Shown: positions 19,492 to 27,074 of the stretch, one piece after another | Layout of the letters: each line of letters starts with the position of its first letter | Position numbering within the stretch: the first letter of the stretch is position 1 | NCBI GenBank assembly: GCA_963832165.1 | Contig: CAWHTE010000001.1 | Span: 800,001 to 864,000 of the forward strand | Length of the DNA stretch: 64,000 nt | Origin: an uncultured delta proteobacterium | GTDB taxonomy: Bacteria > Myxococcota_A > UBA9160 > SMWR01 | Direction: 5' to 3' | The notes under the pieces: generated by a model | Database searches by the model: none | What the model was told of the DNA's origin: nothing | What the model saw: the letters and a program-made list of their open reading frames with translations, nothing else | Translations under genes and position numbers: made by a program

Positions 19492-20709
19492 ATGACCCGC
19501 GTCGTGAAGCTCGGCATCCGGCGTCCCGCCACCCGGCCGCTCCTGCCCGATCCGGATCCGCGGCCCGTCAAGTACACCTTCATTTCCGTCGACGACCACC
19601 TGATGGAGCCGCCTCACGCGTTCGAGGGGCGGATGCCGCAGCGCTTCGCAGATCGCGCACCGCGCGTGGTCGAGACCGAGGAAGGCCATCAGGTCTGGCA
19701 GATCGAGGGCACGCCGTACTTCCAGGTCGGCTTCATGTGCGTGGCGGGGCGGCCGCGCGAGGATCACCGCGTCGAGCCCGCGCGCTTCGACGAGGTGCGG
19801 CGCGGCTGCTGGGACATCGACGCGCGGATCAAGGACATGGACATCGGCGGCATCTACGCGTCGGTGAACTTCCCGTCCGGCGTCACGGGCTTCGGCGGCA
19901 CGCTGTTCTCGGAGCTCGAGGATCGCGAGTTCGGCCTCGCGTGCATGCGCGCGTGGAACGACTGGCTGTTCGAGGAGTGGTACACGCCCTATCCCGATCG
20001 GATCATTCCGCTCGGCCTCACCTATCTGACGGATCCCGAAAAGGGCGCCCAGGAGATCCGGCGCAACGCGGCGCGCGGATTTCGCGCCGTGACGATGCCC
20101 GAGCAGCCGCACCGACAGGGGCTGCCCGCGGTGTTCGACGCCTACTGGGAGCCGATCATCCGCGCCTGCGCCGAGACGCAGACCGTGCTGAACCTGCACA
20201 ACGGCTCGTCGGGCTTCGCGCAGATGCCGGCCGGCGCGCCGATGCTCGAGCTCGGCGCGACGATGTTCGGCCCGATGGCGATCACGTCGTGTGCCGAGTG
20301 GCTCTGGAGCGGCTGGCCCGCGAAGTATCCGGAGCTGCGCATCGCGATGAGCGAGGGCGGAATCGGCTGGGTGGCGATGCTGATCGATCGCCTCGACAAC
20401 ATCATGAGCCGCTCGGGCTACGGCTCGGGCTGGCCCGACAAGCAGAACTCACCCACCGACGTGCTGCGCCGCAACTTCTGGTTCTGCATGATCGAGGACG
20501 CCTCGACGATCTGCACGCGCCACACGATCGGCGTCGACAACATCCTGTTCGAGAGCGACTACCCGCACGGCGACGGCACCTGGCCCGACACGCAGAAGGT
20601 GATCGACGAGGTGCTCGGCTCGTTGCCCGTCGAGGAGATCCGCAAGATCACCCACGAGAACGCCGCGCACGTGTACCGCCACCCGCTGCCGAAGGTGTGC
20701 ATTCCGTAG
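19492..20709 (+). CDS. Amidohydrolase_2 family protein
   Basis: ISVDDHLMEP, AWNDW, SEGGIGW and ESDYPHGD motifs. RBS gaggagg. Confidence 0.9.
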   Translation: MTRVVKLGIRRPATRPLLPDPDPRPVKYTFISVDDHLMEPPHAFEGRMPQRFADRAPRVVETEEGHQVWQIEGTPYFQVGFMCVAGRPREDHRVEPARFDEVRRGCWDIDARIKDMDIGGIYASVNFPSGVTGFGGTLFSELEDREFGLACMRAWNDWLFEEWYTPYPDRIIPLGLTYLTDPEKGAQEIRRNAARGFRAVTMPEQPHRQGLPAVFDAYWEPIIRACAETQTVLNLHNGSSGFAQMPAGAPMLELGATMFGPMAITSCAEWLWSGWPAKYPELRIAMSEGGIGWVAMLIDRLDNIMSRSGYGSGWPDKQNSPTDVLRRNFWFCMIEDASTICTRHTIGVDNILFESDYPHGDGTWPDTQKVIDEVLGSLPVEEIRKITHENAAHVYRHPLPKVCIP

Positions 20710-20720
20710 CGCGAGGCCCG

Positions 20721-20763
20721 AAAACGACTCGGGCGTCGCCGAAGCGACGCCCGAGGGTTTCTT
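20721..20763. terminator. Bidirectional intrinsic terminator between convergent genes
   Basis: 12-bp stem ctcgggcgtcgc-cgaa-gcgacgcccgag flanked by aaaa and tttctt. Confidence 0.7.
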
Positions 20764-20777
20764 ATCGTGCGAGTCGC

Positions 20778-21519
20778 TTAGCGCCGAGCTCCCATGCGGC
20801 TGCCGCACGCGGCGAGCAGCACGAGGCCGAGGCCCATCAGCAGGGCCGTGCCGGGCTCGGGCACCACGAGCGCGGCCTCCGAGTGGGCGATGATGACGTC
20901 GCCGGTGACGGGGCAGGCCAGTTCCCAGGACCACGTGGATCGCGTTCACGGCGAGCGCGAGGTTCCCCGTGAAGATCTGCTCGTTCAGTGTGATCGTGAT
21001 CCCGCCCGCATTGAAGATGACCGTGTTCGGTGCGGGAGCGACCGGGACCACGACGGGGGTGCCGAACACGCTCAGGACAGCGTTCTCGATGATGGTGAAG
21101 CCGACCCCGCTGAGCACATTCTCACCGGTGACGGTCGACTCGGAATAGATCGTGGTCGCGGAAAGACTCAGAATCGCCGCGATCGAGGGGTCGGTAAGCA
21201 GGCCGTTGACCGTCGCGTTGGCTGACGCGTACTTCACTCCCGCGGCGCCATCGACGTCCGAGGCCGCGTTCACCGTCGAGACGCCGGTCGTCAGCACGCC
21301 AGGCACTGCGACGTTCGCGAGGGCGTCCGAGTCGAAGTACGGCGGCGGAGCGGAGCCCGAGGCCGTGGGCAGCGCCACGGTGGCGTTGATCAGGCCCGAC
21401 AGGTTGACGTCGACACCGGCGGCATCACTGCTGCCCGCGATGACGAGCGCGCTGGCGGGAGCGCTCAGGGTGAAGACAGCTAGAAAGGAGAGCAGGAGTA
21501 ATCGCTTCGACTGGTGCAT
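20778..21519 (-). CDS. PEP-CTERM exported protein with choice-of-anchor P-like domain; one extra base in the G run at ~20910-20913
   Basis: Signal peptide and ITLNEQ...AVNAIHV. After the shift it reads VTGDVIIAHSEAALVVPEPGTALLMGLGLVLLAACGSRMGARR*. Confidence 0.75.
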
Positions 21520-21728
21520 ATCCCTCTTCCTCTTGAATATTCATCTTGTGCGACAGTGAGCCCGTAGCGGGGTCCACTTACAGCTCGCGTTCTTCCCGGG
21601 TCCCATAGTGCCCCCACCGATATGTAAAAGCACCGGAAATATGCACCTTGATCGAAATATTTTTGACACTCCCGGCCCCAGGGAGCCACACAGCAGGCTC
21701 CGAGCGGGTTCAGACGGGCTTCCAGAGG

Positions 21729-22889
21729 TTAGGGAGGCGAACCTGCCCCCGCGGGTCGCACCGAGACCTTGACTCGGTCGGGATGGACGGCGACCACGTC
21801 GAGCGTGTCGGGTCTGCGCACGGAATCGTCCCCGAGCGCGAACGTGCGCCGACCGAAGCGCGCCAGGTAGGCGTCGACGCGCACGCTCACCTGGTCGGGC
21901 TCGGAGAGCACGAGGTTGCGGCGGAGCCCGCGCAGCCTCACCTGGACCTCGGGCGGATCGACCGACTCGAGCTCGAGCTCGTCGGGCAGGTTCGACACCT
22001 TCACCGCGGCCGGCACGGTCACCTCGGTGAGCGCCGAGCCCGGCACGAACACGAGCCACAGCGCGAGCGCTCCCGCGGCCGCGAGCACCGCGTCGACGCC
22101 GGCGCGATCGCGCCACCAGGGAAGGCGCGCCTCTGCTTCGCGCTCGCCGCGCACCGCGATCAGCTCGTGCGCGAGGTCCTGCGGACGCGCGAGCACGCGC
22201 AGCGCGCCGTCGCGCGCCAAGGAGACCGTCCCGCGCTCCTCCGAGACCACGATGCAGGTGGCGTCGCAGCGCTCCGCGAGCCCGAGCGCGGCCGCGTGCC
22301 GGGTGCCGCCCGACCCGAGCGCCGAGCGATTCACCGAGAGCGGCAGATGGACCGCGAAGCGCTCGAGACGCGAGCCGCGCAGGATCACCGCGCCGTCGTG
22401 CCCGGGCGAGCTCGGATCGAAGATCGAGAGCAACAGCGGCTCGGAGAGCCGCCCGTCGAGCGCGATGCCGCCCTCGACGTGGCTCTCGATCGGCTCGCGC
22501 TGCGGCAGCACGATCAGCGCGCCGACGCGCGTCGCGGCCAGGCGCGCCACGGCGCGCACGATCAGGTCGCTCACGTCGACGCCGCGGCGATCGCGCGCGT
22601 CTCCGCGGCGCAGGCTGCCGAGCTGCTCGAACAGGCGCCGGAGATCCTCCTGGAACACCACGACGAGCACGAGCACGAGCACCGCGAAGAAGCCCTGGAA
22701 CAGCGAGGCCGTGAGCTGGAGCTCGAGCCCGCGCGCGAGCAGATAGACGCCGCCGAGCAGCGTGAGGCCGATGAGCGCGCGGCGTCCCCGCGTGCGGCGC
22801 ACGAAGCGGATCGCCAGCCAGAGCAGGAGACCCACGGTCGCGATGTCGACCAGGTCGCGCCAGAAGAAGATCGTGAACAGATTCGCCAT
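21729..22889 (-). CDS. cdaA: Diadenylate cyclase (CdaA/DAC) fused to a C-terminal TM and YbbR-like domain
   Basis: Three N-terminal TMs, VVFQEDLRR, GALIV, HDGAV, GTRHAAALG and VVSEERG motifs. C-terminal PPEVQVRLRG is YbbR-like. Confidence 0.85.
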   Translation of the reverse strand: MANLFTIFFWRDLVDIATVGLLLWLAIRFVRRTRGRRALIGLTLLGGVYLLARGLELQLTASLFQGFFAVLVLVLVVVFQEDLRRLFEQLGSLRRGDARDRRGVDVSDLIVRAVARLAATRVGALIVLPQREPIESHVEGGIALDGRLSEPLLLSIFDPSSPGHDGAVILRGSRLERFAVHLPLSVNRSALGSGGTRHAAALGLAERCDATCIVVSEERGTVSLARDGALRVLARPQDLAHELIAVRGEREAEARLPWWRDRAGVDAVLAAAGALALWLVFVPGSALTEVTVPAAVKVSNLPDELELESVDPPEVQVRLRGLRRNLVLSEPDQVSVRVDAYLARFGRRTFALGDDSVRRPDTLDVVAVHPDRVKVSVRPAGAGSPP

Positions 22890-22896
22890 CGGTCGG

Positions 22897-24276
22897 CTAT
22901 GTGCCGGGAGAGTCGGTCGGGCTCTCCGGCGTGGCGGGCGGTGCCGGGTTCATGCGCAGGCGCGCGATCCGCCGCCGCGTCACTTCGAGCACGGTCGCGA
23001 CGAACGGTCCCACGCGCACCGAATCGCCCTTGTGCGGCAGGCGGCCCAGCCGCGCCGTCACGTGGCCGCCGATCGTCTCCTCGCCCTCGTCCTCCGCGTC
23101 GGAGAGCTCGAAGTCGAGCCGGTCCAGGGCCTCGGGAATCGACATGCGCCCGGACAGCTCGAAGCTCCCGCCGGGCAGCTTCACGAGCTCCTGGACCGCC
23201 TCGTCGAACTCGTCGCCGAGCGGTCCCACGATCTCTTCGAGCGCGTCCTCGCGGAACGCGAGCCCGATCGCCGTGCCGTGCTCGTCGAGCACCACCGCGC
23301 AGTGCTGCCGCTGACGCTGGAGCTCGAGCAGGAAATCGGACAGCGACATCGTGTCCGAGACGAAGAGCGGCGGGTTCACGAGCTCGCGCAGGTCGGGAGT
23401 TTCGCCGCGCAACAACACGTCGAGCACGTCCTTCGAGTGCAGGAAGCCCACGATCGTGTCGAGCCCGAGCTCGCACACGGGAAGCCGCGAGTGGCGGCTG
23501 GAGCGGACCCGCTCGAGGTTCGCCTCGAGGCTGTGTTCGAGCGTGACGAACTCGACGTCGACGCGCGGCACCACCACGTGCCGCACCTCGAGCTCGATCA
23601 TCCGGAACACATTGGCCGTGAGCTCGTGCTCGCGCTCGGAGATGTGGCCGGCGCTCGCCGACAGCGAGAGGATGCTGCGGATCTCCTCGGCGGTGGGACT
23701 GCCCGCGGTGCCGAGATCGGCGCGCAGCCCGACCAGGCGGAGCAGCGCGTTGGACATGGCATTGATCGCGACGATGAACGGCCCGAACAGCCACGCGAAC
23801 CCGTACAGGATCGGGGCGGTGCGCAGTGCGATGCCCTCGGCGCGCCGCAGCGCCCACATCTTCGGCGCCTGCTCGCCGAGCGTCATGTGGAGCGTGGTGA
23901 TGATCACGAAGGCGATCCCGATCGACACGACGGGCACCCAGGCCGCGCCGGGGTCGACGGCGACGCCGAGCGCATCGAGTGCCGCGATCAGCACCACGGA
24001 GACGGCCGGCTCACCCAGCGCACCCAGGATCAGGCTCGCGAGCGTGATCCCGAGCTGACACGCCGACAGGTAGCGGTCGAGATGCTGGAGGATGTGCTTC
24101 GCGGTGTGCGCGGAGCGCCGCCCCTCGCCCGCGAGCTGCTCGATCCGCGACTCGCGCACCTTCACGAGCGCGAACTCGGCCGCGACGAAGAAGCCGTTCA
24201 GCAGCACGAAGAAGAGGGTGGCGCCGAGCCGCCACGCGACCCCGAACAGGTCGAGCGAAGGGTGGACTTCGGTCAA
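22897..24276 (-). CDS. CNNM/HlyC/CorC (hemolysin family) transporter with CBS pair
   Basis: NGFFVAAEFALV, QLGITLASL.LG, GEQAPK, HSRLPV, VLDEHG and EEIVG motifs. Confidence 0.9.
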   Translation of the reverse strand: MTEVHPSLDLFGVAWRLGATLFFVLLNGFFVAAEFALVKVRESRIEQLAGEGRRSAHTAKHILQHLDRYLSACQLGITLASLILGALGEPAVSVVLIAALDALGVAVDPGAAWVPVVSIGIAFVIITTLHMTLGEQAPKMWALRRAEGIALRTAPILYGFAWLFGPFIVAINAMSNALLRLVGLRADLGTAGSPTAEEIRSILSLSASAGHISEREHELTANVFRMIELEVRHVVVPRVDVEFVTLEHSLEANLERVRSSRHSRLPVCELGLDTIVGFLHSKDVLDVLLRGETPDLRELVNPPLFVSDTMSLSDFLLELQRQRQHCAVVLDEHGTAIGLAFREDALEEIVGPLGDEFDEAVQELVKLPGGSFELSGRMSIPEALDRLDFELSDAEDEGEETIGGHVTARLGRLPHKGDSVRVGPFVATVLEVTRRRIARLRMNPAPPATPESPTDSPGT

Positions 24277-24340
24277 CGCACCGCCCCTCCGCGAGAGGTA
24301 CCGCGGCGCGGATCGCGCCGCCAGCGGATCCGGCGCCCGT

Positions 24341-25096
24341 TCACTCCGCCTGCGGCAGGGGGCGTCCGGAACCCGCTGCCCTTCCGCGTTTTGCGCGCAG
24401 GTTCAGCACCTCCACGAACAGCGAGAACGCCATCGCGGAGTAGACGTATCCCTTCGGAACGTGCTGATCGAATCCCTCCGCGACCAGCATCACGCCGATC
24501 AGGAGCAGGAACGAGAGCGCGAGCATCTTGATCGTGGGATGTCGCTCGATGAACTTCGAGATCGCGCCGGCCGAGATCATCATCACGCCGATGGCGATGA
24601 TGATCGCCGCGATCATTACGGGGACGTCGTCGGCCATCCCGACCGCCGTGATCACCGAGTCGAGCGAGAACACGAGGTCGAGCAGCAGGATCTGGACGAT
24701 TACGGACGTGAACGAGGCGGCGATGCGCTCGGCGTCGGGATGATCGCTGCCCTCCTCCATCTTCTCGTGGATCTCGAACGTGCTCTTCCCGATCAGGAAC
24801 AGGCCTCCCCCGATCAGGATCAGGTCGCGCCCCGAGAAACCCTCGCCGAAGATCGCGAAGAGGTCGGTGGTCAGGCGCATGATCCACGCGATCGAGAGCA
24901 GCAGCGCCACGCGCCCGAACATCGCGAGCGCGAGCCCGATCATGCGCGCCCGCGCCTGCCTCTCGCGCGGGAGGCGATCCGAGAGGATCGAGATGAAGAC
25001 GATGTTGTCGATGCCGAGCACGATCTCGAGCGCAGTGAGCGTCGCGAGCGCGATCCAGGCCTGCGGGTCGCTGATCCAGCTGATCCAGTCGAACAT
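24341..25096 (-). CDS. TerC family membrane protein
   Basis: LEIVLGIDNIVFISI, DLVFSLDSVITAVG and PKGYVY motifs. Confidence 0.9.
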   Translation of the reverse strand: MFDWISWISDPQAWIALATLTALEIVLGIDNIVFISILSDRLPRERQARARMIGLALAMFGRVALLLSIAWIMRLTTDLFAIFGEGFSGRDLILIGGGLFLIGKSTFEIHEKMEEGSDHPDAERIAASFTSVIVQILLLDLVFSLDSVITAVGMADDVPVMIAAIIIAIGVMMISAGAISKFIERHPTIKMLALSFLLLIGVMLVAEGFDQHVPKGYVYSAMAFSLFVEVLNLRAKRGRAAGSGRPLPQAE

Positions 25097-25139
25097 CGGT
25101 GGAGATTTCGTGCGGGGCGAGTTCGGATCGCAGTAGTAG

Positions 25140-25215
25140 TGGTGGCCCAGGCCAGAGTCGAACTGGCGACACCCGCATTTTCAGTGCGGTGCTCTACCAA
25201 CTGAGCTACCGGGCC
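25140..25215 (-). tRNA. tRNA-Phe(GAA)
   Basis: GGCCCGGTAGCTCAGTTGGTAGAGCACCGCACT-GAA-AATGCGGGTGTCGCCAGTTCGACTCTGGCCTGGGCCACCA: 76-nt cloverleaf with encoded CCA. Confidence 0.97.
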
Positions 25216-25325
25216 ACGGGGGTGGGAAGCTAGCCGTTCGCGCTGGGTGGGTCGAGCATGCGACGAGCTGCGCGCGTGTGTTTCGAGATCACGGCGCGCG
25301 CGCGCGTGCGTGGTAGCTTGCCGTC

Positions 25326-27074
25326 ATGATTCGCCGCCGCACCCGCACTTCGTCCCTCGCACTCGCACTGCTCGCGTTCGCGACGTTCGCCGCACCGATC
25401 CGCGCCGCGGCGCCGTCTCCCGCGTACGGCACGCGCGGAATGGTGGTGGCCTCCGAGATCGAAGCGGCGCGCGCGGGTCGCGCGATGTTCGAGCGCGGCG
25501 GCAATGCCGTCGACGCGGCGATCGCGACGGCTTTCGCGCTCGCCGTGACGCAGCCGTTCTCGGCCGGGTTCGGCGGCGGTGCCTTCCTGCTGATCCGAAC
25601 CGGCCTCGGTGAGGTGCTCGCGATCGACGCGCGCGAGACCGCGCCGGCCGCCGCGACCCGCGACATGTACCGGCAGCCCGGGGTGCCCGAGGGCGCTTCG
25701 CTCTCGGGCCCGCTCGCGGTCGCGACGCCGGGCTTCATCGCGGGCTGCGCGCTCGCGCTCGAGCGCTGGGGCACGTTCGGGCTCTCCGACGTGCTCGCGC
25801 CGGCGATCGAGCTCGCGGAGAACGGCTTCGCGATCGGGCCCTATCACGCGCACATGATCGAGGCCATGCGCGAGCGCGGGCTCGCCAAGCGGTTTCCCGA
25901 GACGGCGCGCATCCAGTTCCCGCCCGAGGGCACGCCGGCGCGGCCGGGCTGGCGACTCGTGCAGCGCGACCTCGCTGCGACACTTCGCCGTGTTGCTTCC
26001 GAGGGTCCGGGTGTGCTCACCCACGGCGAGATCGCGGATGCGCTCGCGACCGCGGTGCGCTCGCGCGGCGGGATCCTGACCCGCGACGACATCGCCGCCT
26101 ATCAGCCGGTGATCCGCGACCCCGTCGTGGGCAGCTACCGGGGCTACGCGGTCTACACCTTCCCGCCGCCGTCGTCGGGTGGTCTGGCGCTGATCGAGGC
26201 GCTCAACGTGTTGGAGGGCTTCCAGCTCGCACCGCTCGGTGCAGGCTCGTCGGAGAGCATCCACCGGATCGCCGAGGTGATGAAGCTCTCGTTCGCGGAC
26301 ACGCTCGCGTTCGTGGGCGATCCCGACTTCGTCTCCGTGCCGGCCTCGCGTCTGATCGCGAAGCCCTACGCCGCGCAGCTGCGCAAGCGCCTCCGGCCGA
26401 TCCGATTGCCCTGGTGGCAACGCGCCCCGTGGAACTGGTTCGAGGGCGAGCGCCCGATCCGCGTCGAGGGTCCGGGCCTGCCCGCGCGCGACGCCGGCAC
26501 GACGCACTTGTCCGCGATCGACGCGGCGGGCAACGCGGTGGCGCTCACGATGACGATCAACACGCCGTACGGCTCGGGCATCACCGCCGAGCACACGGGC
26601 ATCCTGCTCAACAACGAGATGGACGACTTCGCGATCGCGCCGGACCAGCCCAACACCTATGGACTCGTCGACAAGCGCGGGGCGAACGCGATCGCGCCGC
26701 GCAAGCGTCCCCGGTCGAGCATGACGCCGACGATCGTCGAAAAGGGGGGACAGCTGTTCATGGTGACGGGCAGTCCGGGCGGGCCGCGCATCATCAGCAC
26801 CACGCTGCTCTCGATGCTCAACGTGATCGACTACGGCATGGACGCCTCGGCCGCGGTGTCGGCCCCGCGCTTCCACCATCAGTGGGTTCCCGACGTGCTC
26901 TACCTCGAGCCGGAGACCGCGCTCGACGTCGTGGACGCGCTGCGCGCCCGCGGCCATACCGTGGAGGTGGAGCAGCGCGACTGGTCGGCCGCCGAGGCGA
27001 TCGTCGTCGATCCCAGCGGCGCGTTCTGGGGCGGCAGCGATCCGCGGCGCGATGGGATGGCGGCCGGTTACTGA
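25326..27074 (+). CDS. ggt: Gamma-glutamyltransferase
   Basis: GGNAVDAA, DARETAP, PPPSSGG, TTHLS (catalytic Thr), LLNNEMDDF, SSMTP and GSPGG motifs. Confidence 0.95.
   Translation: MIRRRTRTSSLALALLAFATFAAPIRAAAPSPAYGTRGMVVASEIEAARAGRAMFERGGNAVDAAIATAFALAVTQPFSAGFGGGAFLLIRTGLGEVLAIDARETAPAAATRDMYRQPGVPEGASLSGPLAVATPGFIAGCALALERWGTFGLSDVLAPAIELAENGFAIGPYHAHMIEAMRERGLAKRFPETARIQFPPEGTPARPGWRLVQRDLAATLRRVASEGPGVLTHGEIADALATAVRSRGGILTRDDIAAYQPVIRDPVVGSYRGYAVYTFPPPSSGGLALIEALNVLEGFQLAPLGAGSSESIHRIAEVMKLSFADTLAFVGDPDFVSVPASRLIAKPYAAQLRKRLRPIRLPWWQRAPWNWFEGERPIRVEGPGLPARDAGTTHLSAIDAAGNAVALTMTINTPYGSGITAEHTGILLNNEMDDFAIAPDQPNTYGLVDKRGANAIAPRKRPRSSMTPTIVEKGGQLFMVTGSPGGPRIISTTLLSMLNVIDYGMDASAAVSAPRFHHQWVPDVLYLEPETALDVVDALRARGHTVEVEQRDWSAAEAIVVDPSGAFWGGSDPRRDGMAAGY

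Noticed and set aside
16680..19583. 967-aa ORF spanning the P450, TPR and DUF1214 genes
   Set aside because: Only the last 365 aa (from ATG 17777, RBS gaggagg) is coding. The rest is an off-frame read of the P450 and TPR genes.
25140..25215. tRNA-Phe as a possible island integration site
   Set aside because: I found no integrase, no duplicated tRNA 3' end and no compositional break nearby.
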